From positions 99,110-163,109 of the forward strand of contig JBEKZX010000001.1 in assembly GCA_049509455.1 (NCBI GenBank): 64,000 nucleotides of DNA. Direction: 5' to 3'. A program made the translations under genes and the position numbers. Below are positions 45,420 through 55,390 of the stretch, piece after piece (the stretch's first letter is position 1; each line of letters starts with the position of its first letter). Origin of the DNA: Conexivisphaerales archaeon. Its GTDB lineage: Archaea > Thermoproteota > Nitrososphaeria > Conexivisphaerales > DTJL01. Under the pieces are notes generated by a model, which saw only the letters and a program-made list of their open reading frames with translations, was not told the origin of the DNA and searched no databases.

Positions 45420-46715
45420 TATCTTCGTGGTGTAGCCTGACTCACCCAGGACTTTCGAAGCCGCTGCCTCGACCTTGGACCTGTTCTTGGCCGTCGTGTA
45501 AATCCTCAATATGTCCATGAACCCACTTATGGCCGCGACGGCGGGAATCTCCGCCAGGGAGAACTTGGTCTTCTTCATGGTGGGCCCTCCTCTTGAAACG
45601 ATGGTCAGCTCGGTGAACTTCTCCCTCTCGGACGTGAAGGGCACGGACGGAGTCGTGGGGACGTCGACATACACGTTCTCCGGATTGACTCCGGCTAGGT
45701 TTGCTATCTCCTCCACGACGTCCGCCCTCACGCTCGCCTTGCTCAGCAGCTTCTCTACGAAGCCGTCCCTCCTGATTACCATCTTCTCATAGACGCACTT
45801 TGGCAGCCTCCTCTCCCTGAAATCCGTCACCAGCTCCCTCGCCTTCTTAGCGCCGGTTCCCTCCTTCAAGGAAAGTATACGGTAGATGACACCTTCGTCG
45901 TCCAGCTGCGCGTACCTGGAGAGGTCCCGCATGTCGGTGAGCCCGAGTTCGTCATCCACTAGTTGCATGGCCCTCAGGACCATGGCTTCGGCCGCGCGGC
46001 AGGTCTTGTGGAAGTAGACTGCCTTGAACATCTCGTAGCGCGCTACCGTAAGGGCTTCGAAGGAATGGACAGCGTCGCTCTCTATGGCGAGATGGTTGTC
46101 GACGACTTCGAAGGAGTCTATGATGCGGTTGATGTCGACCCGGCCGAACCCGGCGCCCGTGTAATAAGAATCGCGGATGAGGTAATCCATCAAGTCGGCG
46201 CTGAGCGTGCCTGCGACCACCTCGTTCATGAAGCGCCTCCCCCCGGGCTCCCTGCCCACTGCAAGGCTGGCCATTTTCCGGCGGTCGAAGCCTCCCTTCG
46301 CCAGGGCCTCGCCCACCTCCGTTTCGGCCACGATCCGCGAGCTCATGTCCTCATGCGTGATCCCGGTCTTGGCGTGTAGGAGCTCCTCGAACAGGTGCGA
46401 AAAGGGCCCGTGTCCGACGTCATGTAGGAGTCCGGCCACCCGCAGCCGGGAGGCGCCGTCCTCGTCGAGGTAGCCCTTGTCGATCAGTATCGCCGCGGTC
46501 AGGCCCGCGATGTGCATGGTGCCCAGGGAGTGCTCGAACCTCGTATGGTTGGCTCCAGGGTAGGCCATGTAGGCGCATGACAGCTGCCTGATTCGCCGGA
46601 GACGCTGGAAGAAGGAGGTGTCGACGACCTCGATTTCGGCCGGCCGGACCTTCACGAAACCGTGTATGGGATCACGTATCTCGATGGGCCTCTCCGCCTC
46701 GAATGTTGACCTCAA
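45411..46715 (-). CDS. HD-domain phosphohydrolase (SAMHD1/dNTPase-like)
   Basis: IRDPIHG, FQRLRRIRQL, HTRFEHSLG, LLHDVGHGPFSH, DLMDYLIRD. Confidence 0.93.
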   Translation of the reverse strand: MRSTFEAERPIEIRDPIHGFVKVRPAEIEVVDTSFFQRLRRIRQLSCAYMAYPGANHTRFEHSLGTMHIAGLTAAILIDKGYLDEDGASRLRVAGLLHDVGHGPFSHLFEELLHAKTGITHEDMSSRIVAETEVGEALAKGGFDRRKMASLAVGREPGGRRFMNEVVAGTLSADLMDYLIRDSYYTGAGFGRVDINRIIDSFEVVDNHLAIESDAVHSFEALTVARYEMFKAVYFHKTCRAAEAMVLRAMQLVDDELGLTDMRDLSRYAQLDDEGVIYRILSLKEGTGAKKARELVTDFRERRLPKCVYEKMVIRRDGFVEKLLSKASVRADVVEEIANLAGVNPENVYVDVPTTPSVPFTSEREKFTELTIVSRGGPTMKKTKFSLAEIPAVAAISGFMDILRIYTTAKNRSKVEAAASKVLGESGYTTKISV

Positions 46716-46752
46716 ACGCTGTCTCAATAAGAGCGTCGAAGGAGCGAGGCTT

Positions 46753-47595
46753 TTATTCCTTCCTTCCGACCTGAAGGATCCAGTCCACCAGGGCGAGGAT
46801 ATCCCGATTGACCTCCTCCAGGCTCCTGGACGCATCCACCAGGTACACTTCGCCGTAAGGGTAGATCTGGGGAAGCGAAAGGTACCTACGCCTCACCCTT
46901 TCGATCAAAGCGACATGCTCGTAGTTGTCCCTGTCAAACCTGGACCTCAGCCGCTGCATCGCCTTAGAAGGTGGGATGTCGAGGATTACGGTGTAGTCCT
47001 GCTTGACCACCTTCTTCTCGAACCTGACCACCCGGCTGCGCTCCACCCCCACCTCGGGCTGGTAGACGACGTGGCTCTCCGTCCACCTCTTGGCCAGGAC
47101 GACATCCTTCGGATCCTTCGCCAGCCAGTCCTCCACCCTTTGGTTGAACTGCGCCCTGTCCAGGCTCCACAGGAGCCAGGCCTTGGAGCTGCTCAGTTCG
47201 CCCCTGATGGCCACCCTTGTGGTCCTCCTGCCCAGATATGCGCTCACGAGGCTACCCAGCAGAGTCTCATAGGCCGGCAGATTGATGGGGAGGACGTCGA
47301 AGCCGACCGACTTCAGGTGTTCGTAGACCGAGGTCACCTTGGGGAGGTGACTCCTGTTAAAACAGTGCGTCTCCTTCCCTGATTTGTCTACGCCGGTGAG
47401 CACCAGGAACTTCCCCGCCCTGGGACCTGGCCGGAACGAAATCAGCTGGAGGCCGACGTCCAGGAACGCCTGAGCGACCTCGTTCGGAATCCCCCACCCT
47501 TCGGCCGCCGAGCGCAGCTTTTCGCCGTCGGAGACGACGACGGAGTTCTCGATGTCGGCCAGCGACTTCTGGAGTTCTCTTGCGTCGACGATCAA
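46753..47595 (-). CDS. tmk: Thymidylate kinase with N-terminal extension
   Basis: LTGVDKSGKET P-loop, LDRAQ, AKRWTESH, DYTVILDIP. Confidence 0.78.
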   Translation of the reverse strand: MIVDARELQKSLADIENSVVVSDGEKLRSAAEGWGIPNEVAQAFLDVGLQLISFRPGPRAGKFLVLTGVDKSGKETHCFNRSHLPKVTSVYEHLKSVGFDVLPINLPAYETLLGSLVSAYLGRRTTRVAIRGELSSSKAWLLWSLDRAQFNQRVEDWLAKDPKDVVLAKRWTESHVVYQPEVGVERSRVVRFEKKVVKQDYTVILDIPPSKAMQRLRSRFDRDNYEHVALIERVRRRYLSLPQIYPYGEVYLVDASRSLEEVNRDILALVDWILQVGRKE

Positions 47596-47676
47596 GGAAA
47601 GCGAGCGCCCGAGGTTTGTGTAGAATCCACCAAATGATAAAAGTGTTGGGTTACGGATAGATACGGGGGCCCGCCC

Positions 47677-49209
47677 TTGTCTGCCAGCCGCTTTATCAAG
47701 GAAGGAGCGCTCGAAGAACGCATGTACCAGCGCGAGCTGGCCCGGGACGCCGCCTTGTCCAACGCCATCATTGTACTCCCCACCGGCATGGGGAAGACGG
47801 CGGTGGCGGCGCTGATGATAGCCAACCATCTGGACTCGACCGGTGGAAGGACGCTCTTCCTCGCTCCGACGCGAATCTTGGTGCAGCAACACAAGGACTT
47901 CCTGAGCAGGGTCATGCAGCTCCCGGCAGGTTCCATCACCGCCGTCACTGGCGAAGACGACATCTACTCCAGGAAGGACGCCTGGAACGCCCGGATAGTC
48001 TGCGCCACCCCACAGATTGCCGTGCAGGACGCGAAGAGGTCCCTTCTCGATCCACGCGGGTTCAGCCTCTTAATCCTAGACGAGGTGCACCGCGCCATCG
48101 GCGACCACAGCTACGTCCAGGTCGCAGGGCTGTTCTCCGCCGGCTGCGTGCAGAAAGTGGGCCTCACCGCGACTCTCCCCAGCGAGAAGGCTAAGATCGA
48201 CGAGATCAAGAAGCACCTTTCCGCCGAAAAGATCCTATTCCGAGACTACGAGAGCGAGGACATCAAGCCCTACGTCCACGATGTAAAGATGGACGTCAGG
48301 TTCCTCGAAAGCCCCGACTACATGCGCAGGTCCTCGGCCCTGATCCGCGAGGCCCTCAGGGAGAAGCTCTCCAACATAGCCCGCGAGAGCCTCATGCCGA
48401 GGGCCGCAGCCGAGAAGCTGAGCTTCAAGGAGATGATGAGGAACAGGGAGCTGGTCCTCAGGAAGGGGACTTGGAACGCCAAGTTCTCATATTTCATCGC
48501 TGCCAAGCTCTTCAACATGGAGAAGATGTTGGAGACCCAAAGCTACAAGGCCTTCGTGAACTACTATGAAAGGATTAGAGACACGAAGGGCAGGGTGAAC
48601 ACCATGATAATCAAGGACCCCCGACTGAAAGAAGCCTTCGAGCTCGTCAACGGCGCCCTCATCGCGGGCCTTGAGCAGCCCAAGTTCGAGGCTTTGAAGG
48701 TCCTGGTCCACGAGCTCTCCAAGGAGGACAGGGCCCTGATCTTCGCCAGCTATCGCGAGACGGTTGACTACATTTTCAAGATGCTCACGGCCGAAGGGAT
48801 CAGCTCCTGGATCCTCATAGGGAAGCAGGGTGCAACGGGGCAGAAGCAGGAGGAGCAGGTCAAGGCCGTCGAGCAGTTTAGGAGCGGGAAGTATCGTGTC
48901 CTGATCGCCACCCAGATAGGAGAAGAGGGGCTGGACATCGCCGAATGTAACTTGGTCGTCTTCTATGACAATGTCGCCAGCGCCATCCGTTACATCCAGA
49001 GGAGGGGGAGGACCGGAAGACGGAAAGAGGGGAAGATGGTCCTGCTCATCGTGAAGGAGACCGTCGACGAAGCCTATTACAGGGTCGTGCAGAGAAAGCT
49101 GAAGTCCCTCAAGAGCTTTACCGGGCAGCTTTCCTCGGAGAGCCGACCTTCGGCGAACCCAGCACCGAAGACCCCCAAGAAGGATGGCCTCGACTCCTTT
49201 ATCGGCTAA
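47677..49209 (+). CDS. Hef/FANCM-type SF2 helicase without nuclease domain
   Basis: RMYQ, PTGMGKT, LDEVHR, GLTAT, EEGLDI, QRRGRTGR. Confidence 0.92.
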   Translation: MSASRFIKEGALEERMYQRELARDAALSNAIIVLPTGMGKTAVAALMIANHLDSTGGRTLFLAPTRILVQQHKDFLSRVMQLPAGSITAVTGEDDIYSRKDAWNARIVCATPQIAVQDAKRSLLDPRGFSLLILDEVHRAIGDHSYVQVAGLFSAGCVQKVGLTATLPSEKAKIDEIKKHLSAEKILFRDYESEDIKPYVHDVKMDVRFLESPDYMRRSSALIREALREKLSNIARESLMPRAAAEKLSFKEMMRNRELVLRKGTWNAKFSYFIAAKLFNMEKMLETQSYKAFVNYYERIRDTKGRVNTMIIKDPRLKEAFELVNGALIAGLEQPKFEALKVLVHELSKEDRALIFASYRETVDYIFKMLTAEGISSWILIGKQGATGQKQEEQVKAVEQFRSGKYRVLIATQIGEEGLDIAECNLVVFYDNVASAIRYIQRRGRTGRRKEGKMVLLIVKETVDEAYYRVVQRKLKSLKSFTGQLSSESRPSANPAPKTPKKDGLDSFIG

Positions 49210-49220
49210 CGATCATACGG

Positions 49221-49559
49221 TCAGTCCTTCAACAGCTTGACGAGCTCGGCGCCTAGCTTAGCCATCTGTAGGAGCCGGAGCTTCTTCGCAGGATCTTTCT
49301 CCCTGGCCAGCTGCGCCAGGGTGCCGTCCAGGACCTTCGCCACAATCTCCGCCCTCCCGGAGGGGGGCGCCTCCTTGACGGCGGCGGCTTCGTCTAGCTC
49401 CTCCATGTTGGTGATTCCCGAGCACGATGGACATACATCACTTCCACGATACCTGAAGATGATGCCACCGCACTCGGGGCAGGGCTCCCTCAGCAGCGTC
49501 GCGCCCTTCTTGAGCATCTCCGCCATGAACTTCTGTGAGCTTCTCGAATCGTTGACCAA
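49221..49559 (-). CDS. UPF0148 / SSSCA1-like zinc-finger protein
   Basis: LKKGATLLREPCPECG..CPSC. Confidence 0.88.
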   Translation of the reverse strand: MVNDSRSSQKFMAEMLKKGATLLREPCPECGGIIFRYRGSDVCPSCSGITNMEELDEAAAVKEAPPSGRAEIVAKVLDGTLAQLAREKDPAKKLRLLQMAKLGAELVKLLKD

Positions 49560-49691
49560 AGATCTTCTCGACTACCGTTCAAGATGTCCGGCGTCGGTTA
49601 AGGGCTTTTCGCTTGGTTACCGATGAATGGATAAGCTTAAAGCTGGTGGTCTTTGCCATGTCATGCAGCTGGCAGGAGGCTGTCGGGTTAT

Positions 49692-49967
49692 TTGAGTACC
49701 AAGAAGGCCGCCGAGAACGAGGAGAAACTGAACCAGGCCATCAATACGATTACCCTGGTGGTAGACAACACCAACATCCCGCGGAACATCCGCAAGGTCA
49801 CAAAGGAAGTCGTCGACGGCCTCAAGGACAAGAGGATGTCAATAGGGGTGAGGGCCGCCAACGCCATGAGCGTCCTGGAGGAAGTCTCTCAGGATCCCAA
49901 TGTCCCGTCCTTCGCCAGAGTTACCCTGTGGAACGCCGTTTCTGTCCTAGAGGGAATTCGCGAGTAG
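49692..49967 (+). CDS. UPF0147 family protein
   Basis: DNTNIPRNIRK, RAANA, DPNVP..R..LW. Confidence 0.9.
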   Translation: MSTKKAAENEEKLNQAINTITLVVDNTNIPRNIRKVTKEVVDGLKDKRMSIGVRAANAMSVLEEVSQDPNVPSFARVTLWNAVSVLEGIRE

Positions 49968-49973
49968 CCCCGG

Positions 49974-50375
49974 TCACTTGGCCGCGGTCCCGTCGTCCTT
50001 GGAAAGATAGGTGTACAGCCCCAGCTTCAGAGTCTTCAGAGGGAGTAGAGCGCACTTTACTCTGACGGGTCCCAGGTCCGGGTTGCCCATGGCCTCCAAG
50101 AGCTGCTCCTTGTCGAACTTTCTCAGGTCGTCCACCGACATGCCCTGGATGAGCTCAGTGATTATGGAGGCGGCCGACATGCTGATAGCGCAGCCCCTTC
50201 CGATGAACTTGACGTCGGCCACCTTGCCATCGCCGATCTTGACGGCCATCTCGATGTGGTCGCCGCAGAGCGGGTTGCTGTCTTCTGCTGAGAAGTCGGC
50301 GCCCTCCAGCTTCCCGAAGTTTCTTGGGTTCTTGTAATGGTCCATTATGATTTCCTTGTAGATGTCATCGCTCAG
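49974..50375 (-). CDS. sufU: SufU/IscU-type Fe-S scaffold
   Basis: DHYKNPRN, NPLCGD, GCAIS, RVKCA; start inferred at CTG overlapping the sufS stop. Confidence 0.92.
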   Translation of the reverse strand: MSDDIYKEIIMDHYKNPRNFGKLEGADFSAEDSNPLCGDHIEMAVKIGDGKVADVKFIGRGCAISMSAASIITELIQGMSVDDLRKFDKEQLLEAMGNPDLGPVRVKCALLPLKTLKLGLYTYLSKDDGTAAK

Positions 50376-51607
50376 CCGCCAAACACCTTCCCTGCCATGC
50401 GCACGCCTTCCGCCAAGGCGTCGACCTCACTCTCCTTGTTATAAATGTAGAAGCTCGCCCTGACGGAGCTGGGGATTCGGAACCATTCATGAAGCGGCTG
50501 CGCGCAGTGGTAGCCTGACCTGACGGCGATGCCCATCTCATCCAGGACGGCCGCGACGTCATGTGGATGGATATCTCTATAATTGAACGGGATGACGCCG
50601 CCCCGGCGCTCGGGGCTTGAGGGGCCGTAGACGGTAATCCCATCAACCTTCGGCAGTACGTCCAGAGCATATGCAGTCAGACGTCGCTCATGGGCCCGGA
50701 CTGCGTCCATCCCTATGGACGACAGGTAATCCACCGCCGCCCCGAAGGCGATGACGTCGGCGATGTTCGAAGTGCCTGCCTCGAACTTCCAGGGGAGCTC
50801 GTTCCACTTTGCTCCGGAAAGGTGGACTTCGCTGATCATGTCTCCCCCGGTTAAGAAGGGCGGGGTCTCTTCGAGAACCTTGCGGCTCCCGTAGAGCACA
50901 CCCACGCCCGTCGGTCCCAGCATCTTGTGAGCAGAAAACGCGTAGAAGTCGCAGCCGATGTCGGAGACGTTCACGGGCATGTGCGGCACGGCCTGCGCTC
51001 CGTCGACCACCACGGTGGCGCCCTCCTCCTTTGCCAGCCTAGTCATCTCCTTGACCGGGTTCAGCGACCCCAGGACGTTGGAGACGTGCGTAAAGGCGGC
51101 GACCTTCGCACCGACAACCTTGGCCTTGAAGTCCTCCATGTCGAGGTTCCCTTCGCTGTCCACGCCCACGAATTCGACTTTGGCCTTCCTCTCCTCTGCC
51201 ACCTGCTGCCAGGGAACTATGTTGCTGTGGTGCTCAAGGAGGGTAATGACGATCCTGTCGCCCCTTGAAACGTACTTCCTCCCCCAGCTCTGCGCCACCA
51301 GGTTGATGGACTCTGTAGTGTTTCGGGTGAAGACGATCTCCTGGCTTGTGGATGCCGAAACGAACTTCCTGACCTTCTCGCGGGCCCTCTCATACTCGGC
51401 GGTGGCCTTCTCGGCGATGAAGTAGATCCCCCGGTGGATGTTCGAATTGTAGCCTGAATAGAACTCCTCAAGCGACTTGATGACGGATAAGGGCTTCTGG
51501 GAAGTGGCGGCGTTGTCAAGGTACACTAACGGCTTTCCCTTGACCGTCCGGGAGAAGATAGGGAAATCCGCCCTGATCGCATCGACATCGAGCAACTGTG
51601 TCTCCAT
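50372..51607 (-). CDS. sufS: Cysteine desulfurase SufS
   Basis: YLDNAATSQKP, VDGAQ, SAHKM, RSGYHCA. Confidence 0.96.
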   Translation of the reverse strand: METQLLDVDAIRADFPIFSRTVKGKPLVYLDNAATSQKPLSVIKSLEEFYSGYNSNIHRGIYFIAEKATAEYERAREKVRKFVSASTSQEIVFTRNTTESINLVAQSWGRKYVSRGDRIVITLLEHHSNIVPWQQVAEERKAKVEFVGVDSEGNLDMEDFKAKVVGAKVAAFTHVSNVLGSLNPVKEMTRLAKEEGATVVVDGAQAVPHMPVNVSDIGCDFYAFSAHKMLGPTGVGVLYGSRKVLEETPPFLTGGDMISEVHLSGAKWNELPWKFEAGTSNIADVIAFGAAVDYLSSIGMDAVRAHERRLTAYALDVLPKVDGITVYGPSSPERRGGVIPFNYRDIHPHDVAAVLDEMGIAVRSGYHCAQPLHEWFRIPSSVRASFYIYNKESEVDALAEGVRMAGKVFGG

Positions 51608-51722
51608 CTTGTCTTCGTTCCCTTGGTGGGATTGATGACTCCTCTTCGCATTATTAAAATGCTGTGCATCTTAGTTCCAACAGAGTGGCAAGTTTCACAA
51701 CCGAGTCCGAACTCACCGCATC

Positions 51723-52988
51723 CTAACCCTTCAGGGCCTTGACTATCTCCGCCTCGAAGGCCTCTCTGGCCGCTTGATCAGGTATGTTCACGGCCAGCGG
51801 GTTGAGGTAGCCACCCGCCACCTCCATCAGCGACTCCTCCCTTGTAAGCCCCCGGCTCATGAGGTAGAAGAGCTGATCCTCGTCCGGCTGAGACACGGAA
51901 GCCGCGTGCTTCGCCTTGAGCTCGTTCGTTTCGATCTCCAGGCCGGGGATGGCGTTGGCGAAAGAACTTCTGGTGAGCAGGAGCGCATGCTGGCTCAGGT
52001 GGCTGTCGGCGTTAACGGCGGGATGCCTGATCGTCATCAAGCCCTTCAACAACATCCTCGACTGTGATCCCACTAGCCCCCTCTGCAGCACGAAGCCCTT
52101 CGTCGACCTGCCCTGATGCTCCACGTACGCCATATAGTCATAGCGCGATGAATCCTTCGGGAAGCCTCCCCAGTAGAGGTTGGCCTCCCCTCCTTCTCCC
52201 TGCAGGACGACCTTTGTGCGGGCTCGGACGTAGGAGGATGCCGCGTACCAGGTCACGTAGGTGAGCCTGGCGCCGTTCTCCAGGACAAAGCGCGTGTTAT
52301 GGAGGACCCTCTCCCTATTCCCAGTGCAGAGGGTAACAAAAGTGAGGACAGCATTGGGCTTCAGTCGCACGTCGACGACATCGCTAAGCAGCGTAGGTTC
52401 GCCATCCGAGTCCGACGCGTCGGCGATCCTGTCGAAGAAGATCGAGCTCGACGCCTCCCCCAACTCCATCTCCGTGCGGCGGTAGGTGGCTGACCTCCCA
52501 GGCGGCAAAACCGTCAGCCTCACGATGGGGTTGGCTACAGACTCGCCGGGGGCCACGGATATCCTGTTGAGGGAGTCTCTGAAGGCCGCGTTCAGATAGA
52601 ACATCTTGTCCTCATCTTCAGGCAGCGGCGCCGCCAAGAGAGGGAGACCTTCCGTGCGTGCGTCGACGGAGCTCACCCCTTTGGGAGGCGAGCCCATCAT
52701 CCACTTTGCCCCTAGGGTCGCGAACGAATACGCGACGCCGCTAGGGAGGGAGCCGCCCTCGTGGTAGGCGAATTCATTCGGGTCCTCGGGAAGCTTCTCG
52801 AAGTTCTTTACGAACAGGATGTTTCTTTCATAGGGGAGCGATTCGAAGAGAGCGCAGCCCTTCTTTCGTGCCTCGGCGACCTCCTCGGGTTCCCTTAGCT
52901 CGCTGGAAAGTTGACCGACGCGGTTGAGGAGGGTCTCTGACATAGGATTCTCATTTCCTGTCGCTCCTATATGAGAATTGTCAGACAA
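51723..52988 (-). CDS. sufD: Fe-S assembly protein SufD
   Basis: [22 protein letters not shown]; start may be ATG near 52943. Confidence 0.88.
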   Translation of the reverse strand: MSDNSHIGATGNENPMSETLLNRVGQLSSELREPEEVAEARKKGCALFESLPYERNILFVKNFEKLPEDPNEFAYHEGGSLPSGVAYSFATLGAKWMMGSPPKGVSSVDARTEGLPLLAAPLPEDEDKMFYLNAAFRDSLNRISVAPGESVANPIVRLTVLPPGRSATYRRTEMELGEASSSIFFDRIADASDSDGEPTLLSDVVDVRLKPNAVLTFVTLCTGNRERVLHNTRFVLENGARLTYVTWYAASSYVRARTKVVLQGEGGEANLYWGGFPKDSSRYDYMAYVEHQGRSTKGFVLQRGLVGSQSRMLLKGLMTIRHPAVNADSHLSQHALLLTRSSFANAIPGLEIETNELKAKHAASVSQPDEDQLFYLMSRGLTREESLMEVAGGYLNPLAVNIPDQAAREAFEAEIVKALKG

Positions 52989-53018
52989 ATGGTTCGTATC
53001 CAGCTTACGGGACGGCGC

Positions 53019-54476
53019 CTAGCCGACCGAGTTCGTCATCTCGAGGCTGATGAGCCTGTTGAGCTCAATGGCGTACACCATGGGCAGCTCCTTCGTGAAC
53101 GGCTCCATGAAGCCCATGACGACGGCGTTGAGGGCTTCGTTTTCCGTAAGACCCCTGCTCATGAGGTAGAAGAGCTGGTCCTCCCCAATCTTCCCCACGG
53201 TCGCCTCATGAGTAAGCACCGTATCGCTCTCGCTCACCATGTTGTAGGGGTAGGTGTCGGACATCGATTTCTCGTCCAGGATCAGGGCGTCGCACCTGAC
53301 GCTGCTCTTCACGCCCGTGGCTCCCTTGGCCACCAAGAGCTGGCCACGATATGTGGTCCTTCCGCCGTCCTTGGACACGGACTTGGATGTAATCCTCGAG
53401 CTCGTGTCGGGTGCAAGGTGAAGAATCTTCGAGCCAGCGTCGATATGCTGTCCGCTCCCGGCCATGGCGACCGACAGGACTTCCGCCCTCGCCCCTCTTC
53501 CTAGGAGATATATGGAGGGATACTTCATCGTCACCTTGCTGCCTAGGTTGCCGTCGATCCACTCGACCCTGGCGTCCTCGTAAGCGAAGGCGCGTTTGGT
53601 GACGAGGTTGTAAACGTCCTTCGACCAGTTCTGGATGGTGGTGTACCTGATATGAGCCCCCTTCTTGGCGATGAGCTCCACGACAGCAGCGTGAAGCGAA
53701 TCGGACGTGTAGACTGGCGCAGTGCAACCTTCGATGTAATGGATGTCACTGTACGGCTCCGCGATGATGAGGGTCCTCTCGAACTGGCCCATGTTGGCCG
53801 CGTTTATCCTGAAATAAGCATGAAGCGGCTGCTCGACCTTGACGCCCTCTGGGACGTAGATGAAAGAGCCTCCGCTCCACACGGCGCTGTTGAGCGCAGC
53901 GAAGGTGTTGTCGTTAACCGGCACCACCGTCCCGAAGTACTTCTTCACAATTTCTGGATACTCTTTAAGGGCCGTGTCCATGTCAGAGAAGACGACGCCT
54001 TGCTTCTCGAGGTCCTTTCGCATGTTGTGGTAGACCACCTCGGACTCATATTGCGCCCCCACCCCCGCCAAGAACTTCCTTTCCGCCTCGGGCACGCCCA
54101 GCCTTTCGAAGGTGTTCTTGATAGCCACCGGGAGGGCCTCCCAGCTATCGACGTTCTTGTCGGTCGGCTTGATATAGTACCTGATGTTGTCGAAGTCGAT
54201 CTTGGACAGGTCCGCGCCCCAGAGAGGGATGGGCTTCTTCTTGAACGTCTCATACGCCTTGACGCGTAACGCCGTCATCCATTCGGGCTCGTTCTTGTAC
54301 TTCGAAATCCTAATGACCTTTTCCTTGTCAAGACCCCGGTCCGTGGTGAAGACTGAAGTCTCGGGGTCCTTGAAGTCGTACTTGCTGTAGTCGACGTTCA
54401 CGGTATCCTTTACGGACAAATCGTACACCTGCCCTTGAGACGACTCAGCATAGATAACTGTTGTGCCTGTTTTCAT
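53019..54476 (-). CDS. sufB: Fe-S assembly protein SufB
   Basis: [34 protein letters not shown]; start uncertain. Confidence 0.96.
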   Translation of the reverse strand: MKTGTTVIYAESSQGQVYDLSVKDTVNVDYSKYDFKDPETSVFTTDRGLDKEKVIRISKYKNEPEWMTALRVKAYETFKKKPIPLWGADLSKIDFDNIRYYIKPTDKNVDSWEALPVAIKNTFERLGVPEAERKFLAGVGAQYESEVVYHNMRKDLEKQGVVFSDMDTALKEYPEIVKKYFGTVVPVNDNTFAALNSAVWSGGSFIYVPEGVKVEQPLHAYFRINAANMGQFERTLIIAEPYSDIHYIEGCTAPVYTSDSLHAAVVELIAKKGAHIRYTTIQNWSKDVYNLVTKRAFAYEDARVEWIDGNLGSKVTMKYPSIYLLGRGARAEVLSVAMAGSGQHIDAGSKILHLAPDTSSRITSKSVSKDGGRTTYRGQLLVAKGATGVKSSVRCDALILDEKSMSDTYPYNMVSESDTVLTHEATVGKIGEDQLFYLMSRGLTENEALNAVVMGFMEPFTKELPMVYAIELNRLISLEMTNSVG

Positions 54477-54482
54477 CGGGCC

Positions 54483-55259
54483 CTAGGGGGGCGCCTCGGG
54501 CTTTTCAGAAAGCCATCCGTAGCCCTTCTCTTCGAGCTTCCTTGCCAGCTCCGGCCCGCCTTCTGCCACTATCCGGCCGTCAGCCATCACGTGCACGAAC
54601 TCGGGTTCCACGAACTGGAGTATACGGATGTAGTGAGTAATGAGGAGAAGGCCCAGTTGGGGTCCCATGAGACGGTTCAGCGTCTCGGCGACGATCTTGA
54701 CGGCATCGATGTCGAGGCCAGAATCTATCTCGTCGAGGACGGCGATTTTGGGCTCCATCATCGCCATCTGAAGGATTTCCGACCGCTTCTTCTCCCCTCC
54801 CGACAGGCCCTCGTTGAGATAGCGGGCGGTGAAGGCGTTGTCGACCTTAAGGAGGTCCAGCTTCTGCTGGAGGAGCTTCCTGAAGGGGATTATGGGTGCG
54901 AGGGTCTTGACGTCCTCCTTTCCTCCCTGCTTGATGGCGCTGTAGGAGCTGCGGAGGAAGTTGAACAGGGTGACCCCCGACACCTCGACCGGGTACTGCA
55001 GCGCTAGGAAGATGCCATGCCTCGCCCTCTCGGTGGGGGTCATGGGGAGGAGTGACACGCCGTCCAAACGTATGTCCCCGGCCACGATCTTGTATTTGGG
55101 ATGCCCCATGAGGGCGTAAGAGAGTGAGCTCTTCCCCGAGCCATTGGGGCCCATCAGGGCATGTATCTCCCCCTGCCTGATCGTCATGGAGACTTCATAC
55201 ACAGCCCTCTTGTTGGCCACCTGCACTCCCACTTTATCGATTTCAAGAACGCTGGGCAT
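54483..55259 (-). CDS. sufC: Fe-S assembly ATPase SufC
   Basis: GPNGSGKS, LQYPVE, SGGEKKR, LDEIDSGLDID. Confidence 0.96.
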   Translation of the reverse strand: MPSVLEIDKVGVQVANKRAVYEVSMTIRQGEIHALMGPNGSGKSSLSYALMGHPKYKIVAGDIRLDGVSLLPMTPTERARHGIFLALQYPVEVSGVTLFNFLRSSYSAIKQGGKEDVKTLAPIIPFRKLLQQKLDLLKVDNAFTARYLNEGLSGGEKKRSEILQMAMMEPKIAVLDEIDSGLDIDAVKIVAETLNRLMGPQLGLLLITHYIRILQFVEPEFVHVMADGRIVAEGGPELARKLEEKGYGWLSEKPEAPP

Positions 55260-55390
55260 CAATAGCCACCGTGAGTCGTAAACAATTCGGCCATGCGCGC
55301 TCTTAAAAGATTTCCGGAAGAACGTGAAAAAAGTTGAATCATTCACCCACACTATTATAATGCGGCTACCATGGCCTGAAGAGAGGAGTC

